64,000 nt of DNA. Origin: Clostridia bacterium (GTDB taxonomy: Bacteria > Bacillota > Clostridia > Saccharofermentanales > UBA5734). The notes below the pieces were generated by a model, which saw nothing but the letters and a program-made list of their open reading frames with translations, was not told the origin of the DNA and ran no database searches. The stretch's first letter is position 1. Every line of letters begins with the position of its first letter. The stretch lies in contig JAXGZQ010000001.1 of NCBI GenBank assembly GCA_040776905.1, forward strand, positions 795,280 to 859,279, given 5' to 3'. Shown here in pieces: positions 1 through 9,135 of this stretch. A program made the position numbers and the translations under genes.

Positions 1-775
1 CACGCAGGCAGTCGAATTCTTCTGTTTCAATGAAGGCGGGCGGCAGATTGGAAAAATCATCCGCTCTGGCCGGCGCGGCATACGCTCTCCGGCCAAAATC
101 GCCGTCGGCCAGATAGATCGGCCACATCTGCGCGTTCAGATGGGCATTCCAGCCCGGGACATCGGATAAATATCGGCTGGACCAGGTCTGCAGTCGGTCG
201 TCGAGCGCCGGATAAATCAGCAGCTGCAGACGAAGCGGCGGTCCGCCGCGATCTCTCGCCATGAGTGCCAGAGCCGCAGCCAGACCACCACCGGCACTGT
301 CGCCGCCGACGGCGATCCTTTGGGGGTCGATCCCCAGGTGGTCAGCCCGATCATGACACCAGAGCAGAGACTTGTAGCAGTCTTCCACGCCATGGGGAAA
401 TGGATAGGCAGGAGCCAGGCGATAATGGACGAACGCAACCGCGATCCCGGCGTGCCGCGCGTACCAGGCTGCCATTTTATGCATCGCGCCAAATTCACGC
501 ATCATGAAAGCGCCGCCATGACAATACACGAGGCATGGAACCGGCTCATACGTCTCGTCCGGGCGATAGACGGTTATCTTAACCGGATCGTCTTGATAAC
601 CGGCAATTTGATATCTATTCCGGCTGATTCCGGCCTTAGGTCTGAAAAATAAGCAGGTGAGTGCCGCGAACGAATTGATAAAACGCAGCATCCAGGGACG
701 GATCGTCACCTGTCCGAACGCGAAACGTCCGGCGACAGCGAAGTCCTCATGAAAAGAATATTGACCGTGCTTCAC
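1..775 (-). CDS. alpha/beta hydrolase, hormone-sensitive-lipase-type esterase (3' end runs off the window)
   Basis: Own minus-strand translation from GTG at 775 gives ...VYCHGGAFMM... (HGG oxyanion motif) and ...IAVGGDSAGGGLAAA... (GDSAG nucleophile elbow). The frame stays open to position 1. Track ORFs at 217-652 are shadow frames of this gene. Confidence 0.7.
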   Translation of the reverse strand, partial: MKHGQYSFHEDFAVAGRFAFGQVTIRPWMLRFINSFAALTCLFFRPKAGISRNRYQIAGYQDDPVKITVYRPDETYEPVPCLVYCHGGAFMMREFGAMHKMAAWYARHAGIAVAFVHYRLAPAYPFPHGVEDCYKSLLWCHDRADHLGIDPQRIAVGGDSAGGGLAAALALMARDRGGPPLRLQLLIYPALDDRLQTWSSRYLSDVPGWNAHLNAQMWPIYLADGDFGRRAYAAPARADDFSNLPPAFIETEEFDCLR

Positions 776-783
776 ACTTCACC

Positions 784-1965
784 TCACAGGTTCCGCAGCT
801 CATCAGGCAGCAGCATCAGTGCATCGGCCGCCGAACGAATTGAGCTGAACAGGCGGGGCGGCAGCCTTGGTTTTTCCTGCTGCTGCTTCCCCTCAATCAG
901 AATTTCCATCAGAAAAGCGAGCCGCAGCGGTGGCATGAGATGCAGCATCTTGAGTTCGCCACGCCGAATCGCCTGCAGCTTATGCTCAATACGCAGAGCC
1001 GCCCGTTTTTGCTGGTACAGCATCTGATAATCGGCTCTTTTCTGACGAATCGCCTCAATAAAGTTCACATGGTCATAGATCACCAGGCGATCCAGTTCAT
1101 AAATGGTGCCAGCCTGTTCCAGCCCGGCGACCGTTTCATAGCCGAAATCCCGCAGCAGGCGGGCGTAATCGTCCGGCCAGAAAGCGAAGCGATCCCCTTT
1201 CAGGCGGTCGAATGCCTTGAGGGTATCCAGGTAGCCGAGGCGCAGATTGCGCTGCAGGATACCAGGCGTTATATCAAGAAATCCCCCGAGATCTTCGGGG
1301 TCATGGATATAGATCAGCTGTGTATTATCATCAACTTCCCGAGCGCTGGTCGGTTTTTCATTGAGATCGATCGCGACGATCCGGCGCCAGCCGCGGCTGC
1401 GCAGCATGGACACCGGGACATGCTCAGCCAGGCCGCCATCGAGGAATTGCTGACCGTCGATCTCCACAGGGTCGAGACCCGGCAGACGGGCGCTGGCCAT
1501 GATATAGTCAATCAGGCGGCCTTCCGCCATATCCTGAATCCAGACAGGATAACCTCTCAGAGACGGCGTCAGCGTGGTCATCACGCCACATTGAAGCGGA
1601 CTTTCGCGGACAGCCGTCTCCGAGATGTAGCGTTCAAGCAGTTCACGCAGTGGACGTGTGCTCAGCTTTTTTTCATGCAGTAGTTCCCTGGCCAGAAGAT
1701 TCAGATTGCGCAGGCTGAGCAGGTCATCTGACTTGAGGCTCTGGATCTGGGAAAACGCCAGGCATTGCTCCATCTTCAGGTTATCCCACATCTCGATCGC
1801 GTCATCAAAAGAAGCACCACACATCAGGCCGGCGTTGACAGCGCCGATCGAAGTTCCGGCAACCGCGTCAAATTCAATACCTAGTTCCCGAAACGCCTGC
1901 CAGGCTCCCACCTGGAAGATCCCCTTTGCACCGCCGCCACCGAGTGCCAGCGCCATTCCTGCCAT
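784..1965 (-). CDS. patatin-like phospholipase family protein
   Basis: N-terminal GGGGAKG oxyanion loop followed by AGTSIGA (GxSxG lipase motif). 393 aa. Confidence 0.8.
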   Translation of the reverse strand: MAGMALALGGGGAKGIFQVGAWQAFRELGIEFDAVAGTSIGAVNAGLMCGASFDDAIEMWDNLKMEQCLAFSQIQSLKSDDLLSLRNLNLLARELLHEKKLSTRPLRELLERYISETAVRESPLQCGVMTTLTPSLRGYPVWIQDMAEGRLIDYIMASARLPGLDPVEIDGQQFLDGGLAEHVPVSMLRSRGWRRIVAIDLNEKPTSAREVDDNTQLIYIHDPEDLGGFLDITPGILQRNLRLGYLDTLKAFDRLKGDRFAFWPDDYARLLRDFGYETVAGLEQAGTIYELDRLVIYDHVNFIEAIRQKRADYQMLYQQKRAALRIEHKLQAIRRGELKMLHLMPPLRLAFLMEILIEGKQQQEKPRLPPRLFSSIRSAADALMLLPDELRNL

Positions 1966-2077
1966 GACAGATCCCTCCCGTTCTGCGGAAAAATGAAAGC
2001 CCGCCGCGAATCGACTGATTGCGACAGGCCATTCACCTGAATGATGATATCACGAATGAATATGAGGAAGCGATGCC

Positions 2078-2758
2078 TCAGAGGCCCAGTTTCGCTTTCA
2101 TCGCGGTCAGTTCATCCTCAACCGTCGCGTTGATCTCGCTGTTCTGATACTTGTCCTCGAGAGCCTGCGCCTCATCGATCGGAGCGGAATCCAGTTCAGC
2201 TCTGGCATTGGCTTCATCAAGCATTTTATCCGCTTTTTCTTCCATCCGGTTGAACGCGCTGAGGCTGCCCTGCGCCTTTTCGGCTGACGCGCCAATCTTG
2301 TTGAGGCGCTCCTGCGTATTGGCAACCGCGACTTTTGCCTTGATTGACTGCCGGCGGGCATTGAGTGAATTGATGTCCTTAACCAGTTTGTCATGCATCT
2401 GGCGCATCCGCACAGCGTTTTCCTTGGCGGAGGCATAAGCAGTTTCCAGACTGGCACCGATTGAACCGAGCTCCTGCTTCTTGGTCAGGAAGACACGTGC
2501 GTCGTCCTCATTGCCGCTGAGCAGCGCTTTTTTGGCGAGCGCTTCATATTTGGCTTCTTCTTTGTCATTTTCCTCAACGAGACGACGTGTGCGGCTTTCT
2601 TCAGCCATGACTCCGGCGGTTTCCTTTTTGACTTCAGCCAGATCATCCGCGAGGTTGCGCAGATACTGATCAATCATTTTCCCCGGATCTTCTGCTTTGT
2701 CCAGAAGCGCGTTGATGTTTGATGAAATAATGTCCTTGAATCTTGTCAGAATACTCAT
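2078..2758 (-). CDS. pspA: PspA/IM30 (phage-shock protein A / LiaH-like) family protein
   Basis: 226 aa. The all-coiled-coil sequence MSILTRFKDIISSNINALLDKAEDPGKMIDQYLRNL is typical of PspA/IM30. Its start overlaps the upstream stop (ATGA at 2755-2758). Confidence 0.85.
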   Translation of the reverse strand: MSILTRFKDIISSNINALLDKAEDPGKMIDQYLRNLADDLAEVKKETAGVMAEESRTRRLVEENDKEEAKYEALAKKALLSGNEDDARVFLTKKQELGSIGASLETAYASAKENAVRMRQMHDKLVKDINSLNARRQSIKAKVAVANTQERLNKIGASAEKAQGSLSAFNRMEEKADKMLDEANARAELDSAPIDEAQALEDKYQNSEINATVEDELTAMKAKLGL

Positions 2759-3816
2759 TGTTTATCCTCCTGTTTATTGGTTTCAGCCTGTTCGTACTTT
2801 CTCGCGAGGTCGTCCACTTCGCTTTCGCCGAATGTTTCCAGCTTCGTGTTGAGAATCTTGGCCGTTTGTTCTGCTTCCAGATTTTTCTGCTTTTGCCGTT
2901 TCTGCCACCAGATAAAAAGTATGATCAGGATGACCGCCGCACCGGTGACGACCATCACCGGGATCCACGGTGAACGGGTGACCTCCATGATGCGCTTGCC
3001 GGCATCATCGAAAGCCTTGCTGAAGAAAGCCTCTTCAGACAGATCATTATCGTAGTAATAGCGGTCAATATAATCCATCAGGATGTCAGCGGCTTCAGTA
3101 TCGATGACTGAGCGGGCCTGTACTCCGGTCAGGTACCAGGTATGGTATCGTCCCTGGAATTCCTGGAAAATGACCAGCAGATGGGCTTCGTCTTCAAACA
3201 ACCGGTCATAGAGCTGCCCGGCAAAAGCCTCCGCCTGTGCGTCGGTCGGGTTATAATGACCGTCAATCTGATCAGTCAGATACAAATAGGGCTGTACGCC
3301 GGTCGCCTGATAGAAATTTTTCATCCCCGCCAGCAGCTGTGTGCTCTGGCCGATCCAGTCCAGTTCGTCGGTAAAATAATCCGTTTCAATGACACTGCCG
3401 ACGGGAAGCGGTTCTCGCTTGACGGTCGACTTGGTCACAGCCTGTTCAGGATTGCCGGGTCCCGCTGAAAATACAATAGTCAATATGATGACGATGACCA
3501 GTCCGATGATAAAGATCGTCAGGCAGCCGGCGCCTGAGCATCCGCCCATCATACCGCTGGGGCCTGCCATCCGCGGTCCGCTGACTGTGGTCTGCCGACG
3601 ACTGGATCCAAAGATCGGCATCATCGGTATTCCCGGAGTCGTACGACGCCCGGAACCGGTCGAAAATCCGCCAAAAGGACTGCCTGTGTTCCGGCTGCCG
3701 GAAAAGCCTCCGGTTGAACGGCCGGTTCCTCCGCTGCCGCCGGACCGCCCGCCGAACCCGCGGCTGCCGCCTCCGCCGAAACTTCTGCCGCCACCGCCGC
3801 CACCTCGCTTCGCCAT
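2755..3816 (-). CDS. two-TM membrane protein with Gly/Arg/Ser-rich N-terminal tail and TPM-like central domain
   Basis: The ORF is open from 3858. I prefer ATG at 3816 (MAKRGGGGGG...). It has about 70 aa of RGG/SGG low complexity, a first TM, a domain with a TPM-like pattern (YFTDELDWIG...TGVQPYLYL...HLLVIFQE), a second TM and a charged tail. The domain call is by eye only. Confidence 0.45.
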   Translation of the reverse strand: MAKRGGGGGGRSFGGGGSRGFGGRSGGSGGTGRSTGGFSGSRNTGSPFGGFSTGSGRRTTPGIPMMPIFGSSRRQTTVSGPRMAGPSGMMGGCSGAGCLTIFIIGLVIVIILTIVFSAGPGNPEQAVTKSTVKREPLPVGSVIETDYFTDELDWIGQSTQLLAGMKNFYQATGVQPYLYLTDQIDGHYNPTDAQAEAFAGQLYDRLFEDEAHLLVIFQEFQGRYHTWYLTGVQARSVIDTEAADILMDYIDRYYYDNDLSEEAFFSKAFDDAGKRIMEVTRSPWIPVMVVTGAAVILIILFIWWQKRQKQKNLEAEQTAKILNTKLETFGESEVDDLARKYEQAETNKQEDKQ

Positions 3817-4116
3817 GGTCTGACCTAGCCTTTCACGTTGACTGACACCGTGCGCCACGGCTGAGGGCCTGACGGGTGTCGATTAGAATCTGACTATTAT
3901 TATACAACAATTGGCAGCATAAAACTGTAACAATCATCAGAACGCAGACAGCCACAAGAGCCAGCATATCATATATCATATTTGCCATCAGCTGAAATTA
4001 TCACAGAAAATGAATTCGCATGACAGTGCCAGGCCTTGGTGGTAAGATTAAACGTGATTCATTGAGAATCGAGTCAACGGCAGTTATTCACCATTCAGCC
4101 CTTACAGGAGACTTTC

Positions 4117-5862
4117 GTGGCCAATCATTCGAGACCAACCGTGATATCAGCATCTGAAACAGACAGCGCGTCAGATCGCCGCCGCTTTTCTTCTCCTCTG
4201 CTTCTGTTGTTGATGATTCTGATCCTCTATCTCGTTCTGGCAGCAGCCCTTCCCGGGAAGACGATACATCTCAATCAGGGTCGGTATGAAACGCTGGACG
4301 GCCTGTGGACCATCACACTGCCTGACGGACAGGTGGCGGATACCCATCTGCCGGCGACATTCTCCCTGGAAAGAAACGCGCTGATCAAGGCGGATTATGT
4401 CTTTGACCGGGACTATAACGACGGGTCGGTCCTGCAGATCCGTGCTTCGATGCAGCAGGTCAGGGTCCTGCTGGACCAGACGCTGGTCTTTTCCTCAGAT
4501 CAGTCTGCCGAAACACGGTTCACGCTGCCCCAGGCCAGTGTCTGGCATCTGGTTCCGCTGCCTTCCCGATTGGCAGGCCACACCTTGACACTGGAAGTCA
4601 GTTCGCCGGTCGGTGTGATGTCCGGGGTTGTCAATCCGGTCGTGATCGGCAGTGCCAATACCCTGATCTGGCAGTTGTTCATCAGACAGTGGCCAACACT
4701 GCTGATGGTCCTGATGCTTGTGATCGCAGCACTGACCAGCCTTGCGCTCCAGCTTGCCAATCGACTGAATGACGGCCGTCTGCTCTATCTCGGGCTGTTC
4801 GCGCTGTCAGTCGCCATCTGGTTTTTCTCTGAAGCCAGACTGATGCAGCTGATCACAGGCAGCCAGCTGCTCATCGGCAGCATCAGTTATATGATGATCG
4901 CTTTCATTCCGGCTTTTTTTCTGCTCTATCTGCGCGATGCCGTTCTCAGTCATTTCCACCGCCTCCTGACTCTGATCGCCATCGGTTATCTCCTGTGGTG
5001 GCCGGTCACTCTTGGCATTCAGCTGGTTGGTCTGGCCCATTTGATCGACATGGCGGTCTATGTGAATATCGCGACCATCATCACTGTCATCATGATTCTT
5101 GTGCTGCTTTTCATCAGTACCATTCGCGAGCACAGCCGGGCCGCCCGGATCATGTTGTTCGCGTTTATCGGTCTCGGCATTGCCGCGATCAGCGAAGTCA
5201 TCGCATTTCTCCGATCCAACTTCGACGCGACCTCGCATTACAGCCGTTTCGGAATTATCTTTTTCTTTGTCCTGATCCTGGTTGATGCTGTCCGCAGTGT
5301 CCAGCATCTGGTCCAGGCTGACAAGAAAGCACGAATGCTCAGTCAGCTGGCCTATCTCGACGCCATGTCCGGCATCGGCAACCGCCTGGCTTTTGACCGT
5401 GACATTGAGCAGATGGCTGACCGGCCGGATGCAGTTTCATTCCGCCTGATCACCATGGATATCAATGATCTGAAAGCCATCAATGACCACTTCGGACATC
5501 AGGCCGGTGATGAGGCGATCCGCTTGTTCTGCCAGTGTCTGAAAGAGGTTTTTACCGAACCTGACCAGTGCTATCGAACGGGCGGCGATGAATTCTCCGT
5601 CATTTGCCCGCAAACGGACCAGACCCTATATGAAGAAAAGATCCACCGTCTGAAGATATGTCTATCGACCCGCGATGAGCAGCCTTTCCGGCTGATCTCG
5701 GCGATCGGCAGCGGTCTCTACCAACGGGAAAACAAGGAGACGCTGCATGACTTCCTGAACCGGGTCGACCAGTCGATGTATCAGCATAAGCAGAAACTTA
5801 AGCAGCACGATGAGCGAACGGCCGGCAACCGGCCGCTCGACAATGAAAGGAGATCGATATGA
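4117..5862 (+). CDS. membrane diguanylate cyclase (7TM sensor N-terminus + GGDEF domain)
   Basis: GTG start. There is an N-terminal extracellular segment plus about 7 TM helices. The C-terminal part reads ...GIGNRLAFD...DINDLKAINDHFGHQAGD...RTGGDEFSV (intact GGDEF). Confidence 0.85.
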   Translation: MANHSRPTVISASETDSASDRRRFSSPLLLLLMILILYLVLAAALPGKTIHLNQGRYETLDGLWTITLPDGQVADTHLPATFSLERNALIKADYVFDRDYNDGSVLQIRASMQQVRVLLDQTLVFSSDQSAETRFTLPQASVWHLVPLPSRLAGHTLTLEVSSPVGVMSGVVNPVVIGSANTLIWQLFIRQWPTLLMVLMLVIAALTSLALQLANRLNDGRLLYLGLFALSVAIWFFSEARLMQLITGSQLLIGSISYMMIAFIPAFFLLYLRDAVLSHFHRLLTLIAIGYLLWWPVTLGIQLVGLAHLIDMAVYVNIATIITVIMILVLLFISTIREHSRAARIMLFAFIGLGIAAISEVIAFLRSNFDATSHYSRFGIIFFFVLILVDAVRSVQHLVQADKKARMLSQLAYLDAMSGIGNRLAFDRDIEQMADRPDAVSFRLITMDINDLKAINDHFGHQAGDEAIRLFCQCLKEVFTEPDQCYRTGGDEFSVICPQTDQTLYEEKIHRLKICLSTRDEQPFRLISAIGSGLYQRENKETLHDFLNRVDQSMYQHKQKLKQHDERTAGNRPLDNERRSI

Positions 5863-7553
5863 AATCATTCCACGAACTTGAGTATGAACGGCCTGATCTG
5901 AAGGCGTTCATCCGGACCAGCGAAACGCAGCTTGAGCAATTTGAACAGGCCGGCGATTATGAGCAGGCCAGGCAGGCCCTTCTGGCCATGCAGAAAGCGG
6001 AATCATCTCTGGGAACGATGCTGACCATCGCCATGGTCCGCAACACCATTGATACACGGGACTCCTTTTATGAAGGAGAGGCGGAATTCCTCAACGAGCA
6101 GCTTCCGACGCTGATTCCTGTGCAGATCCGCCTGTACCAGGCACTCCTGAAAAGCCCTTTCCGCCAGGATCTGGAGCAGGAATACGGCCGCCAGCTGATG
6201 ACCAACGCGGAAACCGCATTGAAGACCCAGGATCCGGCGATCATGCAGGATAAGGCTGAGGAGGCTAAACTCAGTCACGCCTATCAGAAGCTGACAGCCA
6301 GCTGCCAGACCGAATTTGAAGGACAGACGGTCAATTTCTACGGCCTGCTCAAGCACATGGAAGATACAGATCGTCAACACAGACAGGCAGCCTGTCAGGC
6401 CTGGGCCGCTTTATACGAGGATAACGCGCCTGAACTGGATCGCCTCTTTGACCAGCTGACGGCCGTGCGGGTACGCATGGCCAAAACGCTCGGTTATGAC
6501 AGCTACACCGATCTGGCATACCTGGACCGCCAGCGCACAGACTACACCAGTGAAGACGCCGCAACTTTTCGCCGCCAGATTCTCGATGTCGTGGTTCCTT
6601 TCTGCACTGAACTTCGCCAGCGCCAGGCCCGTCGGCTGGGTGTGGACCGTGTCAAATACTATGATGAGGCACTCCTCTTTCCGGAAGGCAACCCACAGCC
6701 GGCAGCCGATAAAGACCAGATGATCCGCCATGCCCAGACCATGTATCGCGAAATGAGCCCGGAGAGCGCTGATTTTTTCAATTTCATGGTTGATCACCAG
6801 TTATTCGATCTGGACACAAAGCCCGGTAAACGGATGGGCGGCTATTGCACCAGTCTTTCTGACTGGAAAGCGCCATTCATCTTCTCCAATTTTAATGGAA
6901 CATCCGCGGATGTTGATGTTCTGACCCATGAGGCAGGCCATTCCTTTGCCTATTATCTGGCATCACGGGAACAGCCGCTGAATGAATATGAGTTTTCCAC
7001 CAGCGAAATCAATGAAATCCATTCCATGACGATGGAGCATTTCGCCTATCCGTGGATGGACCGTTTCTTCGGTGAGCAGGCTGACCGCTACCGTTATCTG
7101 CATCTGTCCCAGGCTCTGCTGTACCTGCCATACATGGTCTGTGTCGATGAGTTCCAGCATGAAGTCTATGCGCACCCGGAAATGGGCGCGCAGGGTCGCC
7201 GCGAGATCTGGCGTCAGTTGGAAAAGCGTTATATGCCCTGGCGCGATTATGATGGAATCGACTTCCTGGAACAGGGTGGATTCTGGATGCAGAAACAGCA
7301 TATTTTCTCATCACCGTTCTACTATATTGAGTACGCGCTGGCTCAAATGGGGGCCTTTGAGTTTTATGGCCGCATGAAGATCGACCAGGCTCAGGCCTGG
7401 CAGGATTACCTTACCCTCTGCCGTGCCGGCGGCAGCCGATCCTATGTTGAGCTGCTGAAAGTCGCCGGATTGGCTAATCCGTTTGAGAACGGCAGTGTCG
7501 CGAAAGCGGTCCAGCATGTCATCGATGAACTGCGCCAGCATCCGCTGCACTGA
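5859..7553 (+). CDS. pepF: M3-family oligoendopeptidase F
   Basis: 564 aa with the HEAGHSF zinc motif (HExxH) in the typical PepF context. Its start overlaps the GGDEF stop (ATGA at 5859-5862). Confidence 0.85.
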   Translation: MKSFHELEYERPDLKAFIRTSETQLEQFEQAGDYEQARQALLAMQKAESSLGTMLTIAMVRNTIDTRDSFYEGEAEFLNEQLPTLIPVQIRLYQALLKSPFRQDLEQEYGRQLMTNAETALKTQDPAIMQDKAEEAKLSHAYQKLTASCQTEFEGQTVNFYGLLKHMEDTDRQHRQAACQAWAALYEDNAPELDRLFDQLTAVRVRMAKTLGYDSYTDLAYLDRQRTDYTSEDAATFRRQILDVVVPFCTELRQRQARRLGVDRVKYYDEALLFPEGNPQPAADKDQMIRHAQTMYREMSPESADFFNFMVDHQLFDLDTKPGKRMGGYCTSLSDWKAPFIFSNFNGTSADVDVLTHEAGHSFAYYLASREQPLNEYEFSTSEINEIHSMTMEHFAYPWMDRFFGEQADRYRYLHLSQALLYLPYMVCVDEFQHEVYAHPEMGAQGRREIWRQLEKRYMPWRDYDGIDFLEQGGFWMQKQHIFSSPFYYIEYALAQMGAFEFYGRMKIDQAQAWQDYLTLCRAGGSRSYVELLKVAGLANPFENGSVAKAVQHVIDELRQHPLH

Positions 7554-7644
7554 CTGCCGGTGAGGATTGTTCAACGCATACGGGAGTGCTAACATAGGTA
7601 AAATGAAAAAGGGAAAAAAGAGAGAAAATCAGGTACATCGTTCT

Positions 7645-7680
7645 GAAACGCCCCCGCCGCGATCATGGCGGGGGCGTTTC
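7645..7680 (+). terminator. perfect 14-bp GC-rich hairpin between pepF and the MATE gene
   Basis: GAAACGCCCCCGCC-gcgatcat-GGCGGGGGCGTTTC. It lies 92 nt after the pepF stop and ends 7 nt before the preferred MATE start. The U-tract is short. Confidence 0.5.
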
Positions 7681-7686
7681 AGCGGC

Positions 7687-9054
7687 ATGGCCGAACGCTT
7701 CAGTCAGAATACTGAGCGGCAAAGAGTGATCCAGATCGCCTGGCCGGTTCTGGTTGAGCTGCTGCTGAGTTCACTATTCAGCATGATCGACATGATGATG
7801 CTCGGCAATATCCCAATCAAAGAGCTGGCCAACCAGTCAGTTGCCGCGGTCGGCATTGTCAATCAGCCGCTTTTCATCGGCATCTCCCTGGTCCAGTCTC
7901 TGAATGTCGGTGGAACGGCAATCATCGCCCGCTATATGGGTTCAGGCCAGCGCAGCCGGATTGAATCTGTTCTCAAGCATGTTCTGCTGCTCATTTTCGT
8001 CGGTCTAGCGATCCCCTTCTTCATCCTGTTCATGTTCCTGGCGCCGAACATCATGCAGCTGCTCGGGGCTGAACCCGGTGTGATCCGTGTCGGGGCTCCG
8101 TATTTCCGGATCATTCTGATCGGTTTTCTCTTCCAGTCAGTCAATTTTTCCCTGACCGCCGCCCTGCGCGGTGTCGGTGAAACACGGGCACCGATGAAAT
8201 TCAACCTGATCGCCAACTTCTTCAATGTCATCGGCAACGCGGTTCTGATCTACGGCTTGTTCGGCGCACCGAAACTGGGAATTATCGGAGCCGGCATTTC
8301 AACGGTCTTATCCAATATACTGGCGATGACCCTGATGCTGCGGCAGCTGACCAGCGGCCGCAGCCAGATCTATCTCAGTTTCAAAACCCGCTTCAAGTTC
8401 AGTCGGGATACCTTGTACAATTTGATCAAAATCGGTGTGCCGGCAAGCGGTGAGCAGATGATCATGCGTGTCGGCATCCTTCTCTTTGTACGTATCGTGG
8501 CCGGACTGGGAACGGCTGTATTCGCGGCTCATCAGATCGCGCTGAGCATCCTCGGCCTCTCCTTCAATCCGGGACAGGCCTTCGGCATCGCGTCTTCGTC
8601 ACTGGTCGGTTACGCGCTCGGCCGGAAAGACCCGGAACTGGCCAGCCGCTATTCGCGGGAAGCGCGCAGAATCGGCAGTCTGATTTCCAGTCTGATGGCC
8701 GTTATCTTTTTCTTCTTCGCACCTCAGCTGGTCGCACTGTACAACCGGGATCCTGTCGTCATCGCGAATGCCGCCCTGGCGCTTCGTTTGATCGCTGTCA
8801 TCCAGCCGTTCCAATCCTCGCAGCTGATTCTGACCGGTGCGCTGCGCGGCGCAGGCGACACGCTCTGGACCATGATCTCAACGTTTTTCGGTGTTCTGGT
8901 CGTCCGCGTCACACTCGGATTCATTTTTGTCAATCTGCTGCAATGGGGCATTGCCGGTGCCTGGATGGCGGTTCTGATCGACCAATTGATGCGCTGGGTG
9001 ATTATTTATCTGAGATTTCGCAGCGGCCGCTGGCGGTCAATCACGATCCGCTGA
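7687..9054 (+). CDS. MATE family efflux transporter
   Basis: The ORF is open from 7567. I chose the start at MAERFSQNTERQRVIQIAWPVLVELLL because MATE N-termini begin just before this helix. About 12 TM helices are predicted by eye. Confidence 0.8.
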   Translation: MAERFSQNTERQRVIQIAWPVLVELLLSSLFSMIDMMMLGNIPIKELANQSVAAVGIVNQPLFIGISLVQSLNVGGTAIIARYMGSGQRSRIESVLKHVLLLIFVGLAIPFFILFMFLAPNIMQLLGAEPGVIRVGAPYFRIILIGFLFQSVNFSLTAALRGVGETRAPMKFNLIANFFNVIGNAVLIYGLFGAPKLGIIGAGISTVLSNILAMTLMLRQLTSGRSQIYLSFKTRFKFSRDTLYNLIKIGVPASGEQMIMRVGILLFVRIVAGLGTAVFAAHQIALSILGLSFNPGQAFGIASSSLVGYALGRKDPELASRYSREARRIGSLISSLMAVIFFFFAPQLVALYNRDPVVIANAALALRLIAVIQPFQSSQLILTGALRGAGDTLWTMISTFFGVLVVRVTLGFIFVNLLQWGIAGAWMAVLIDQLMRWVIIYLRFRSGRWRSITIR

Positions 9055-9135
9055 TCTGGCAAAGTCGATTGTATCCTCCGCGGAATCACATATAATTGAA
9101 CCATTGACAGATCAGACAGCAGGAGCAGCTTTATC

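Noticed and set aside
217-652. Three overlapping small ORFs at the left edge (217-498 minus, 265-507 plus, 320-652 plus).
   Set aside because: They are shadows of the esterase gene on the minus strand. That gene is missing from the track only because its stop lies outside the window.
784-1965. The patatin-like phospholipase could be the effector of a CBASS-type defence system.
   Set aside because: No cyclic-oligonucleotide synthase, E1/E2/JAB or other CBASS partner is adjacent. Its neighbours are an esterase and PspA.
3600-3816. Repetitive GGC/GGA-rich DNA could be a tandem repeat or array.
   Set aside because: It is the coding sequence for the Gly/Arg/Ser-rich N-terminal tail. There is no regular repeat-spacer periodicity.
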